Source: a bacterium (GTDB lineage Bacteria > Electryoneota > JAOADG01). From it: a stretch of 64,000 nt of DNA. The notes beneath the pieces are model-generated. The model had not been told where the DNA came from. It ran no database searches and saw nothing but the letters and a program-made list of their open reading frames with translations. Numbering within the stretch: position 1 is the stretch's first letter; the number at the start of each line of letters is the position of its first letter. Both the position numbers and the translations under genes were made by a program. The stretch lies in assembly GCA_963681965.1 (NCBI GenBank), contig OY820579.1, forward strand, positions 832,001-896,000. The letters are read 5' to 3'. Positions 30,493 through 40,373 of this stretch are shown here, in pieces.

Positions 30493-31473
30493 CTACTTTT
30501 TGCCCTTCTTTGCCATTGCCTTGCCGAGATCCTTGACACCGGAGTCGATCAAAATCGAAGAGGCAACAAACACCGAAGAATAGGTACCAAAGATGATACC
30601 GAATAGCATAACTACCGAAAAATCATGTACTACCTGACCGCCAAAGAAATAAAGAACCACGAGTCCGAAAACGACGGTTGTTACGGTCAAAATCGTTCGC
30701 GACAACGTCTCATTCACTGAGGCGTTGATGATGTTAATCATGCTGTCGCCTCGTCGCTTCTTAACATTTTCCCGAATTCGGTCGTATACCACAATTGTAT
30801 CGTTGATCGAATAACCGAGAATGGTCAACAACACGGCAACAATCTGCATCGAGAATTCTTTGCCGAGTATTGCCGCAAAGCCGGCAGTGATGATGACGTC
30901 GTGAATAAGTGCAATCGTCGCACCCAAACCGAAGATCCATTCAAACCGCCACCAGAGGTAGATCATGATCAAAATACAAGTCACCAGAATCGCCCAAAGC
31001 GCGGCAATAATCAATTCCTTACCGACTTTCGGACCGACTGCCTGAACCTGACGAAGTTCAACTGTTGACGGGGCGATCTTCCCGGACAACTCTTTGATCA
31101 GGTTATTGGCAATTTCCTGCGAAGCTACTTCCGACTGTTTAATACGGACGAGGATGTCGGCGTTGCCTTCGATATCGGTAATCGTTTTGACTTCGGCGTC
31201 TTGATATCCGATCACACTAGCCGCTTTTCGAACCGGCTCTTCGCCAATGTTCGCCGAGGGACGGATCGTGATTTCCACACCACCGCGGAAGTCGATCGAA
31301 AGGTCGACTCCCTTGGTCACAAAGGTGATTAACGAAAACAGAATGCAAGCTGCGCTGAAAAAGTAACCGAGCTTGCGTTTACTCATAAAGTCAAAGTGTG
31401 TCAGACTGAAAAATGAAAAGAACTTCACATCTGTCTTAACACTAGTCTGTTGGGTTGTGGGTGTCGTATTCAT
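30493..31473 (-). CDS. secF: Protein translocase subunit SecF
   Basis: IDFRGG, VGPKVGKEL, ALIHDV, GYSINDTIVVYDRIRE, TLSRT, GTYSS. Confidence 0.97.
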   Translation of the reverse strand: MNTTPTTQQTSVKTDVKFFSFFSLTHFDFMSKRKLGYFFSAACILFSLITFVTKGVDLSIDFRGGVEITIRPSANIGEEPVRKAASVIGYQDAEVKTITDIEGNADILVRIKQSEVASQEIANNLIKELSGKIAPSTVELRQVQAVGPKVGKELIIAALWAILVTCILIMIYLWWRFEWIFGLGATIALIHDVIITAGFAAILGKEFSMQIVAVLLTILGYSINDTIVVYDRIRENVKKRRGDSMINIINASVNETLSRTILTVTTVVFGLVVLYFFGGQVVHDFSVVMLFGIIFGTYSSVFVASSILIDSGVKDLGKAMAKKGKK

Positions 31474-31521
31474 CTTCGCTTTTCGTTATAAATTCAATGA
31501 TCTGAAACGAGTGTTCTCGAC

Positions 31522-33513
31522 TTATATCGATAATGATTTCGGCATAACCTTTTTCAGGTAGAGGTCGAATGTCGCACGGGACATATACAGTGCTGTGAAC
31601 ATCGAACAAGCAATACCGATCATCAGTGTTAACGCAAATCCGCGAACCGGACCGGTACCAAATTGGTACAATGCAATACCAGAGAACACGGTTGTTAAAT
31701 TACTGTCGAAAATCGTGATAAAAGCGCGTTCAAAACCGGCTTTCACCGCGTGTGCCGGCGTTTTGCCGCTTAACAATTCTTCACGAATACGCTCGTAAAT
31801 CAGCACGTTGGCGTCAACTGCCATACCCATCGACAAAATCAAACCGGCAATACCGGGAACGGTCAACGTTGCTTGGAACATTGCCAGAATTGCAAAGGTA
31901 AAGACAACATTCATTACCAGCGCGATATCGGCAATCAAGCCGGATAGACGATAGTAAAGTGCCATAAACCCGGCAATAATAAGGAAGCTGATGATGAAGC
32001 TCTTCGTACCGGCTTCAATCGAATCGCGACCGAGCGACGGACCAACAGTACGCTCTTCCATGACTTTTACCGGTGCGGGAAGCGAACCTGCGCGAAGAAC
32101 GATCGCGAGGTCGTTGGCTTCGTCGACGGTGCCACTCCCTTCGATAACGCCACGACCATCGGGGATGCGGCTGCGGATCGAAGGTGCCATGTGAACGACT
32201 TCGTCAAGTACAATCGCCATCCGCTTGCCAATGTTGGCACCGGTTACGCGCGAGAAAATTCTACGACCTTCGTTGTTCAATTCAAATTGAACGTCCGGCG
32301 AACCGGTTTGACGACCACCTAGTTGCACGCGGGCATCGCTCAGACCGGAACCGGTCATCTCCGGTTTGGCTTTGACCAGATAAAGCGGAAGAAATTCGGA
32401 TTTTCCGGATTTCTCGGGTGATTTACCCCAAAGGAACTGAACATCGACCGGGATCAATGCCTTTACTTTTTCCGAACCAAGGTATTGATTGACGCGATTG
32501 ACATCTTTTTGTTCAACCGCAACAGAACCACGGTACTGCTTCAACATCGAAAGAAATGGTTTCGAGCCGCTGGATTTCGACGTATCGGATGCCAGTGACT
32601 TCTTGCCAAACAACGTGTCGCCAGTAGAAGATTTGGCGGTGTCGGTGGCAGCAGTTGCGACTGCCGAAGTATCGGTAGCTTTTTTAACGGTATCACCGGC
32701 AATTGCTTTGTCGATATCGGACAAAATTCGGTCGGATCGTTCCGGTTCGACCAACATCTTGAATTCCAGCAAAGCGGTCTTGCCAATTAACGAACGGGCA
32801 CGTTGGGGATCTTGAATACCGGGCAACTCAAGAATAATACGGCGTTCGCCTTGACGGGTGATGCTCGGTTCCGAAACACCAAACTGGTCGATACGGTTAC
32901 GCAAGATTTCCAACGAACGGTCAACTGCGTCGCTATTCATTTTCTTGAGCGATTCGATTACCGCTTTATCGCTTTGACCCTGACCGAAAAAACGGCTTAA
33001 GGGAATACCGCGTGCCGCAAATACTTTGGAGGCTAAATCAACGATTTCTGCATCGGGATTCTTGTTGGTTTGCACCTCGATTTCTTTCATCGCGGCGTTA
33101 AATTGTTCGTCTTTTGCCTTGGCGACATTTTCCAACAATTTTACGGCATCGACTTCCATTACCAAGTAGATACCGCCCTGAAGGTCGAGACCGCGCTTGA
33201 TTGAAGTACCACGCACTGCGTCAATACCTTCGCGGACTTTACCGCGTAATTCGTCAACCAACTTATTGGCTTTGGCGGCGTTGTCCGGACTCGTCGACCG
33301 CCGTGAAATAACACTCTTCAGGTCAACTTCGTCGCGATAGATATTCGTAACAACTTCGCCGTGTGTTAATCCAGAATATTGAACGAGTTGATTGATTTTT
33401 GCCGTTTCCTCATCGGTCAATTTGTTAAATCGATACGATGGGTATAAATAGTAGATCGATCCTGCGGTTAAGAGCAGAATCAACATCCAACGGCCCAGTA
33501 AATTACCTTTCAT
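31522..33513 (-). CDS. secD: Protein translocase subunit SecD
   Basis: GLDLQGG, RIDQFGVSEP, LRAGSLPAP, VGPSLG, GMAVDANVLIYERIREE, GPVRGFA. Confidence 0.97.
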   Translation of the reverse strand: MKGNLLGRWMLILLLTAGSIYYLYPSYRFNKLTDEETAKINQLVQYSGLTHGEVVTNIYRDEVDLKSVISRRSTSPDNAAKANKLVDELRGKVREGIDAVRGTSIKRGLDLQGGIYLVMEVDAVKLLENVAKAKDEQFNAAMKEIEVQTNKNPDAEIVDLASKVFAARGIPLSRFFGQGQSDKAVIESLKKMNSDAVDRSLEILRNRIDQFGVSEPSITRQGERRIILELPGIQDPQRARSLIGKTALLEFKMLVEPERSDRILSDIDKAIAGDTVKKATDTSAVATAATDTAKSSTGDTLFGKKSLASDTSKSSGSKPFLSMLKQYRGSVAVEQKDVNRVNQYLGSEKVKALIPVDVQFLWGKSPEKSGKSEFLPLYLVKAKPEMTGSGLSDARVQLGGRQTGSPDVQFELNNEGRRIFSRVTGANIGKRMAIVLDEVVHMAPSIRSRIPDGRGVIEGSGTVDEANDLAIVLRAGSLPAPVKVMEERTVGPSLGRDSIEAGTKSFIISFLIIAGFMALYYRLSGLIADIALVMNVVFTFAILAMFQATLTVPGIAGLILSMGMAVDANVLIYERIREELLSGKTPAHAVKAGFERAFITIFDSNLTTVFSGIALYQFGTGPVRGFALTLMIGIACSMFTALYMSRATFDLYLKKVMPKSLSI

Positions 33514-33588
33514 CCAACGGCCTCACTTCAACTTGCACAGGGTAAAATATCGAAAAACGGATAGGTCTTGTTATCGTCAAACTCAGCT

Positions 33589-33617
33589 AAGATACGCGCT
33601 ACTCTCGCCGAGAGCAA
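33589..33617 (-). promoter_or_regulatory. Putative sigma-70 promoter of secDF
   Basis: Minus strand TTGCTC-N17-TATCTT; same CGTATCTT -10 context as the yceD promoter. Confidence 0.4.
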
Positions 33618-33793
33618 ATAGGATCTGAAAAAATTGACGGTAAACCCAAGCTTGGAAGAACTAAGTAATTCCCTGAAAATGGGGCGAATACATCCCGACG
33701 AGGGAGGTTGGTTTGCCTTACCGTTTGGAGAGAATTGCTTTCGAATATATATTTCAGCACTTCAGAAGTGAATGATTGAGAAAGGAAAGAAAC

Positions 33794-33973
33794 TTGCCTC
33801 GTCCGAAATCTAAGCAGAAACTACGGCGTTTTCAGTTGAAACGCGCGCGGAAACGATATCAGGAACGGCGAAAACAGCGTATTGCCGATTTGCGCGCACA
33901 GTCTGTCAGTAACGCGGTGGAAACTGCCGCGCCGCGACGTCCTACCGTAACGCGCAAACCAGCCGGCGCCTGA
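33794..33973 (+). CDS. Small, highly basic hypothetical protein
   Basis: TTG 33794 preceded by AAGGAAAG; MPRPKSKQKLRRFQLKRARKRYQERRKQRIADLRA... Confidence 0.55.
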   Translation: MPRPKSKQKLRRFQLKRARKRYQERRKQRIADLRAQSVSNAVETAAPRRPTVTRKPAGA

Positions 33974-34107
33974 TCGTCGCAACAAACGATTTCACCGCAA
34001 ACCTCCTAGAGGATGCGGTAATTCCGGTTTTTGAACCCGCTGTTCGAGCTAGAATGGCGGGTTCCTTGCTTTTCCCGTAATCCGGTTCCAAACCATAAGC
34101 CTGATAG

Positions 34108-35118
34108 ATGGGAGCATTCATGAAGCCGCTAAGTACTTTTTTGAAGCATCTCGAAGTCGGCGATCAATTTGCCGGTACCTACCTCTTGCGATCTGTACAG
34201 CCGCGAGTGGCTCGCAATGGATCGACTTATTGGGATATCGAGCTGGCAGATCGAAGCGGTCGACTGGTTTCTCGTACATTTCATCCCCCCGAAGAGGTGC
34301 CGGGCAATTTACCGGTTCCCGTCTATTGCGAGGGGGTGGTAGAAACCTATAGTCAACGAAAGATTGCAAAAATCTTTCAAATCGACACTGTCGATCCGGA
34401 AAAAGTCGATTGGGAATTGCTGATTCCGGTTTCGAAACGTCCCCGCGAAGAGTTAATAGCCGATTTACAAACTCGGGTTTCCGCACTCACTGATGAGTGG
34501 TATCGCAAACTTTGGGAATTATTGCTTGCCGACGAGTCGTGGTTCGAGCGGTATGCCAATGCTCCTGCGGGAAAACTGTGGCATCACACCTTTCGAAGTG
34601 GTTTACTCGAACACTCCCTTAGTATCGCCGACCACTGTGCGCTTGCCGCACAGCACCACCCTCTTGCCGACAAGGATTTGCTCTTTTGCGGGGCGATGCT
34701 CCATGATGTTGGAAAAGTTTGGGAACTAACACCCCTTCCGGCGGCAGACTACACCGAACCCGGGCGCATGCTGGGACATATCTATCTCGGGGCGAATTTT
34801 ATTTCAAAAAAAATGGAGCAAATCGAAGGTTTCCCATCCCGTCACCGCCTCCGCTTGCTTCACTTAATCCTCTCGCATCAGGGAACCCGTGCGCAGGGGT
34901 CGCCAGTCGTGCCGGCATCGCTCGAAGCGAAAATTCTCTATTGTGCCGACGAACTCGATGCGCAAGCGGAAGCGTACGAACATATCATCAACAACAGTGC
35001 CGATGGCGAACGGCTCTTCTCCGAATTCATTCCATTGGCGGATACTTTTATCTATTTGGGTGATCGGGCAAATCTGCAACAGCCCACGGTTAATGACACT
35101 CCTCCACTCGACGAATAA
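34108..35118 (+). CDS. yhaM: 3'-5' exoribonuclease YhaM family (OB fold + HD domain)
   Basis: L.DRSG OB fold; APAG..WHH...GLLEHS, LHDVGK, LGHI, HLILSHQG, EA.IL..ADELDA. The start may be ATG 34120. Confidence 0.87.
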   Translation: MGAFMKPLSTFLKHLEVGDQFAGTYLLRSVQPRVARNGSTYWDIELADRSGRLVSRTFHPPEEVPGNLPVPVYCEGVVETYSQRKIAKIFQIDTVDPEKVDWELLIPVSKRPREELIADLQTRVSALTDEWYRKLWELLLADESWFERYANAPAGKLWHHTFRSGLLEHSLSIADHCALAAQHHPLADKDLLFCGAMLHDVGKVWELTPLPAADYTEPGRMLGHIYLGANFISKKMEQIEGFPSRHRLRLLHLILSHQGTRAQGSPVVPASLEAKILYCADELDAQAEAYEHIINNSADGERLFSEFIPLADTFIYLGDRANLQQPTVNDTPPLDE

Positions 35119-35121
35119 GCG

Positions 35122-35667
35122 ATGAAATTAGCCTATCGGTATCGAATCGCGATCTTTTGCTTGCTACTTCCAGCGCTGTTACTGGCGCAGGTGGTCAAAG
35201 TCAAGCGCGTTGTCGACGGCGATACGTTTGTTGTCGAGGAAGGACCGACCGAATACCGGGTTCGAATGCTGTATGTCGATACCCCGGAATCGGTACATCC
35301 CGACAAGAAACGGAATATCCCGCTGGGAAAAGTTGCCTCCGAATGGACCAAGCAACGCATTGAAGGCAAATTTGTTTCGCTGCAACAACCGGGCGATCAC
35401 GAGAAGTCCGACGTTTTCGACCGAAAACTCGCATTGGTCTTTATTGGCGGAAGCTGTATTAACCTCGAACTCATCCAAGCGGGGCTCTCACCCTATTATA
35501 CCAAGTATGGTACTGCCGACGAACCGTGGGATAGTAAATTCGATACTGCCGAAAAAATTGCTCGCAAGGACGCGAAAGGTATCTGGGGTGACCCCAAGTT
35601 GGTGAAGAGTTACTTGAAACTGAAATCGAAATGGGGTCAAAAACACCCGAAAAAATCACGGGATTAA
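35122..35667 (+). CDS. Thermonuclease (staphylococcal nuclease-like) with signal peptide
   Basis: RVVDGDT, RVRMLYVDTPE, D.FDRKLA, NLELIQAGL, AEKIAR...KGIW. Confidence 0.9.
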   Translation: MKLAYRYRIAIFCLLLPALLLAQVVKVKRVVDGDTFVVEEGPTEYRVRMLYVDTPESVHPDKKRNIPLGKVASEWTKQRIEGKFVSLQQPGDHEKSDVFDRKLALVFIGGSCINLELIQAGLSPYYTKYGTADEPWDSKFDTAEKIARKDAKGIWGDPKLVKSYLKLKSKWGQKHPKKSRD

Positions 35668-35765
35668 CCTAATGGTTATCAGTTTATGGAAAGCAAAATT
35701 CGATAAATTCATATCCACGATGTTGAATCGTATATCTATCTAATCATAATTCGGAATATACCCAA

Positions 35766-36698
35766 ATGACCGGACTTTCACTATTTGCTTGGATCATGTT
35801 ATATCTGCTCCAACTCTGGACGTTGTCGGTAGCGGTAGCATTGCCGGCTACAATCGGTTACCTGCTTTCGAAAGAACGCGGTACATGGCAACGATTACTC
35901 GCGCAATTACTCGTTCCGGAAGCGGCACGGTTTCAGATCCTTTTTGCAGTCCTGTATTTGTTAATCGTAAAAGCCAGTGGGATTTTTACGCTGCTAGCCG
36001 GATTTCACGATGGGTATGTCGCAGTCGCCTTAACATATCCAAGCTTTGGAACGATTGCAGTTATTGGGCTGATCGTTGCAACATTGGTTACGATTGTTCA
36101 GCTCATTATCAGTCAACAAAAAAAAGCAAACTCAAAACTTGTACTTGCGGGATGGTGGTTGATATCACTGGGCAACCTGCTCATATTTGCATTTTTCGCG
36201 GCAACATCCAGCACATTATTTACCGCTACACTTGGTCAAACGCTCGAATTCCGACTATTGGATTTTACGATCCGATTTTCCCATCTACTGTTTTCGGCAG
36301 TAACACTGGTGGGTGCTACGATCGCATTTGCCGCGCATAAACTCGCCTCCTCGAATCAATCCGCAGCGGCATCGGCAGCACGCTGGAGTTTGAAGTGGAT
36401 TTTGATCGGTAGTTCAATTCAAGTATTAATGGGGTTTGCGTTATTCACGATTGTCGGTTTGAAGGAATATCCGGTGCCGTTGGGTCATATTTTACTAACA
36501 CTGGGAATTCTTTCGGCAATCGGGGTAGCCGTAATGAGTGGTTCGGGATTGTCAAAATCGGATAACACCGTCAAATTGGCTCGAACAACCGGATTGATTG
36601 TGTTGCTGACGTTCTTTCTGATGGTCGGACTCAGAATCGCTCACCTTTCCAAAAAATTCGAAGATGCAAATTCATCTGTTGTGCAATTAGTCGAGTAA
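35766..36698 (+). CDS. Multi-pass membrane protein of unknown function
   Basis: 310 aa with about 8 hydrophobic segments; RFSH motif. Confidence 0.6.
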   Translation: MTGLSLFAWIMLYLLQLWTLSVAVALPATIGYLLSKERGTWQRLLAQLLVPEAARFQILFAVLYLLIVKASGIFTLLAGFHDGYVAVALTYPSFGTIAVIGLIVATLVTIVQLIISQQKKANSKLVLAGWWLISLGNLLIFAFFAATSSTLFTATLGQTLEFRLLDFTIRFSHLLFSAVTLVGATIAFAAHKLASSNQSAAASAARWSLKWILIGSSIQVLMGFALFTIVGLKEYPVPLGHILLTLGILSAIGVAVMSGSGLSKSDNTVKLARTTGLIVLLTFFLMVGLRIAHLSKKFEDANSSVVQLVE

Positions 36699-36764
36699 TT
36701 AGTTGCAAATCGAGCGGAATCGTTTATCTTTAGCGGAATCGATCAAGGACGGAAGGATCCATCG

Positions 36765-38729
36765 TTGTTGAAATCAATACCTACTACTGTTCGAATCTGG
36801 TTGCGATTGTTACTTATTGCGATTGGTGTGATGTGGGTCGGTCGCATCGTTTTTATGATGGCGTATCCGCAATTTTATACTTCACTCCCGGCACGCGAAC
36901 TGCTGTATGCTTGGTTGACCGGTCTCCGCTTCGATGTTGCTTCGGCGCTAATCACCATCACGATTCCTTGCTTACTGTTGTGGGTCCCTTGGTTTCGCAA
37001 TTGGTATCGAAAACTCGGTATCGGATTGGCGATTTTCTCTGTCATTGTTTTTCTCACTGCCGCTACGTTTATCTGGTCGGATATCCTCTACTACGCAGAA
37101 GCGGGACACCACCTTACATTCGAAGTAAAAGGAATCAAAAAAGACGTTGTTACCATGCTGCAACTGGTGGTAACCGAGTATCCGTGGCAATTGGTAGGAC
37201 TGCTTTTGTTTTGGTTCGGGCTGGGTTGGACGGTATTTCGTCAGTTTCTACCGCTCATCGTCGATGATAAATTCACGATGCCGAAACGGTGGTGGAGCTG
37301 GGTAATTACCGGTCTCACGATCGTTTCTATTACCGTGTTGGGTATTCGTGGCGGGTTTCAAGTGAAGCCGATGCGCCTGACCTTTGCTTTTCGCGGTGAC
37401 AATGTGTTGGCTGGACATCTTGCGCTGAATGGCTGGTACACTTTCGTGACTACTGCCTTTGCGAATGAAGGAAAAATCGTCGAATTGATGCCAGATGAAT
37501 TGGCATTTCAACGCACCCAAGCTTTTTATCAGGCTCCCGGCGACCGCTTTCTCGATCCAAAATTTCCGCTCTATCGATCTACCAGTGCAGCATCACCGAT
37601 TGCAGCACCGGGCGAGAAACCAAATGTCGTATTGATTATTGTAGAGTCGCTTACGGCTTCGTATTTGGCAAGTTTCGATGGTTCCCCTGCAACCATGCCA
37701 TTTCTCGATTCTCTTGCCGGTCAAAGTGTGTTGTTGAAACGGTGTTACTCGATTGGAACCCGCTCGATGGAAGGGTTGTCGGCAATTCTCGCATCGATTC
37801 CCAATTTGATGGGAACGCCTTTCATGGGTAGTACACAAGAACAAACGAAAGTGAAGGGTCTTGGAACAATTTTCAACGAACAGGGGTACTCGACGTATTT
37901 CATTCACGCCGCGAAACCCGGTTCGATGAATATTATGCAAATCGTCAATATTGCCGGCTATAAAAAATTCTACCACCAGTACGATTTTCCGAAAGATCAG
38001 TTTGATGACCATTGGGGGGTTTGGGATCGGTATGCCTTCAAAAAGATGTCGAATGACATGGATACCCTCCGCGAGCCATTTCACTATGGTGTGTTTACTA
38101 TTTCCACACATTCGCCGTTTTTGCTGCCGCCGGAATTCAAACCACCGTTTCCGAGTACGATGCCGCGCGCTGAAGCACTCAACTGTTTTGCCAATTTAGA
38201 TGTCGAGCTGCGTCGCTTTTTCGCCCATGAAGCGCAACAACCGCGCTTTAAGCGGACGATTTACGTGATTATGGGCGATCATACTTCCCAGATTCGCCCG
38301 GAAGGTGGAAATGAAGCGCGATTCCGGATTGGAGCATTGATCTATGCCCCGGGACGACTACAACCGCAAGTGATTGAGGAACCGGTATCGCAAATGGATG
38401 TCGAACCGACCTTGATTCACCTCTGTGGATTGAATACGACCCATGCTTCATTTGGTCGATCGATTTTCGATACGACGGCACACAATCGCTTTGCCTATTT
38501 TACGATTCCCGGATGCGTGATGTTACGGAATCACAATCGGTTACTAATTAACAATCTGGAGAAAGATCTGGGGTTATTCAATCCTGGAACTGATTTTTCG
38601 GAAAAAATGAATTTGCTACCGACAGAACCGGCGATTGCCGATTCGATGCGGCAGGATTTGTACGGTTTCTACCAAACTGCAGAACGTCTGCTCAATAACA
38701 ATCGAATTATTCCGCTCATCGAAAAGTGA
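36765..38729 (+). CDS. LTA synthase / phosphoglycerol transferase (MdoB) family sulfatase-like protein
   Basis: N-terminal TMs with GLRFD and IRGG; PNVVLIIVES, TISTHSPF, GDH, SQMDVEPT. Confidence 0.9.
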   Translation: MLKSIPTTVRIWLRLLLIAIGVMWVGRIVFMMAYPQFYTSLPARELLYAWLTGLRFDVASALITITIPCLLLWVPWFRNWYRKLGIGLAIFSVIVFLTAATFIWSDILYYAEAGHHLTFEVKGIKKDVVTMLQLVVTEYPWQLVGLLLFWFGLGWTVFRQFLPLIVDDKFTMPKRWWSWVITGLTIVSITVLGIRGGFQVKPMRLTFAFRGDNVLAGHLALNGWYTFVTTAFANEGKIVELMPDELAFQRTQAFYQAPGDRFLDPKFPLYRSTSAASPIAAPGEKPNVVLIIVESLTASYLASFDGSPATMPFLDSLAGQSVLLKRCYSIGTRSMEGLSAILASIPNLMGTPFMGSTQEQTKVKGLGTIFNEQGYSTYFIHAAKPGSMNIMQIVNIAGYKKFYHQYDFPKDQFDDHWGVWDRYAFKKMSNDMDTLREPFHYGVFTISTHSPFLLPPEFKPPFPSTMPRAEALNCFANLDVELRRFFAHEAQQPRFKRTIYVIMGDHTSQIRPEGGNEARFRIGALIYAPGRLQPQVIEEPVSQMDVEPTLIHLCGLNTTHASFGRSIFDTTAHNRFAYFTIPGCVMLRNHNRLLINNLEKDLGLFNPGTDFSEKMNLLPTEPAIADSMRQDLYGFYQTAERLLNNNRIIPLIEK

Positions 38730-38749
38730 AAAAGTGTTCAGAATCGGTC

Positions 38750-38780
38750 AAGGGTGATTGAAAAATCACCCTTTTTTGTT
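38750..38780 (+). terminator. Intrinsic terminator
   Basis: AAGGGTGATT-gaaa-AATCACCCTT followed by TTTTGTT. Confidence 0.8.
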
Positions 38781-38833
38781 TTAGATAGACCCTTTCTATG
38801 ATATCTTTTTAGTGTTGTAGGTAGGGAGAAGCG

Positions 38834-39136
38834 ATGATTGGGTTTATTTTCGAAACAGCAATTCTTTTACTGGGAATTCGGTTATTCACCGGCGACAATC
38901 GAATTCGGTGGCAATCTATCGCGTTATGGGTTATTCTATCCTATATTCCACCATTGATTATCATGTTTATCAACCTGACAACGGATTCCCATTCCATTTT
39001 CTTGCATATTTTGGGTACAATTAGTCAAGTCGGAATATTGTATTATTGTTTGAATCGATATTACGGTTCAACCGCCACGATTAAGATTTTGGGCATGTAT
39101 TTAATTGGAACTTTACTCATAGAGTTTTTACTGTAA
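38834..39136 (+). CDS. Small membrane protein (paralog A)
   Basis: GGGAG SD; 3-4 TM; AT-rich; shares W..I..W.....P..I...HSIF...YG...G.Y with the next gene. Confidence 0.6.
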   Translation: MIGFIFETAILLLGIRLFTGDNRIRWQSIALWVILSYIPPLIIMFINLTTDSHSIFLHILGTISQVGILYYCLNRYYGSTATIKILGMYLIGTLLIEFLL

Positions 39137-39152
39137 TGAGGTAACATACCTA

Positions 39153-39482
39153 ATGAGCGGTACCGCATTGCGAATGTTGATCTCGTCAATTGTGCTTTTT
39201 GTGCTGATCGTGATCGCGTCCAATAAACGCCACCGCGACTGGACCCAAATCGTGATGTGGACTCTAGCAGCGCAAGTGCCTCAGTTTATTCTCATAGAAC
39301 TATTTCCCGAAATTCATTCCATTTTCGCTATAGCCGGCGCAATGATTGTTGGAGTAATTCTTGTAGTTCTTTATTTATTTAGCGCTTACGGAATTAAAAC
39401 GGCTCTGGTTGTGGGAGGAATCTATATTGCTTTCAAAATTATTGTTCATGCGATCTGGCGCCATTTCATGTTTAACGCTTGA
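39153..39482 (+). CDS. Small membrane protein (paralog B)
   Basis: GAGG SD; 4 TM; same motif pattern as 38834..39136. Confidence 0.6.
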   Translation: MSGTALRMLISSIVLFVLIVIASNKRHRDWTQIVMWTLAAQVPQFILIELFPEIHSIFAIAGAMIVGVILVVLYLFSAYGIKTALVVGGIYIAFKIIVHAIWRHFMFNA

Positions 39483-39614
39483 TATATCAAAAACTTAAAA
39501 CTTCTTTCGAAGGTTGATTGCGATCTTGATCGCCAGTAAAAAGAAACTGCGATTAGTGAAGTAATATTCTACAATTTGCACGGTGAATAGCGATGAAAAC
39601 GACCGTTTGCGAAC

Positions 39615-39643
39615 TTGACACCGTCTGCGAATCAGCGTATCTT
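39615..39643 (+). promoter_or_regulatory. Sigma-70 promoter of the yceD-rpmF-plsX-fab operon
   Basis: TTGACA-N17-TATCTT ending 8 nt before ATG 39652. Confidence 0.7.
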
Positions 39644-39651
39644 GCTCGGTC

Positions 39652-40038
39652 ATGAAACTTCAAATTGCACCCGGTTCCGATGGCGATTGGACATTCCAGC
39701 GCAAGGTGAGTCCGGCTTCGCTTCATCTACCGGCGGAACCGAATTTCGGCGATGTGGATGTAACTGTCTATGTGCGTCAGGTTGATCGGCAGATTCGGTT
39801 GGAAATCGAAGCAAAATCAACCATTACGACGGAGTGTTACCGTTGCGGCGAGACCTTCAATTATCCGGTCGATGCCGAGATGGATTTGCGGGTAATTCGC
39901 ATGCCCGATCCTAATCGTGATAGTGGCGACGACGATTTGAAATTCATTGGATTATCGCAAGCGGATATCGATATCGAACAGGATCTGCGCGATATGTTAT
40001 TACTCGCATTACCGATGCGGATGGTATGTTGCGAGTAA
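39652..40038 (+). CDS. yceD: YceD/DUF177 family protein
   Basis: ECYRCG, IDIEQDLRDMLLLALPMR; conserved position upstream of rpmF. Confidence 0.85.
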   Translation: MKLQIAPGSDGDWTFQRKVSPASLHLPAEPNFGDVDVTVYVRQVDRQIRLEIEAKSTITTECYRCGETFNYPVDAEMDLRVIRMPDPNRDSGDDDLKFIGLSQADIDIEQDLRDMLLLALPMRMVCCE

Positions 40039-40184
40039 GCATTTGCAGTTTGTTCGTGTTTTATCTATGACCTATGTTTACCATGCCGGGATGTTCGTAG
40101 CCGCAGGCAGCAGCCTGCGTTTTTCAACATTAGATCGCAACCGGGCACGTTCGCCTTGGCTTGGAACAGGAGAAAGTCGAAACA

Positions 40185-40367
40185 ATGGCAGTACCGAAGA
40201 AACGAACCTCGAAACAGCGTAAGCTGAAACGGCGGACGCATCATGTCGCGCCGCTGGCAACGATTATGAAATGCCCCCATTGTGGCGCGTCGAAGCGTCC
40301 GCACCATGTTTGCACCAAGTGCGGTTATTACGATGGACATGCCGTCTCGGTCGTCCGCGAAGAGTAA
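40185..40367 (+). CDS. rpmF: 50S ribosomal protein L32 (Zn-binding form)
   Basis: MAVPKKRTSK..K..RRTH, CPHCG..KRPHHVC..CGYY. Confidence 0.97.
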   Translation: MAVPKKRTSKQRKLKRRTHHVAPLATIMKCPHCGASKRPHHVCTKCGYYDGHAVSVVREE

Positions 40368-40373
40368 CAGCCG

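Noticed and set aside
39652-40184. yceD frameshift pseudogene
   Set aside because: No continuation of the missing Cys cluster in other frames; short YceD variants are plausible.
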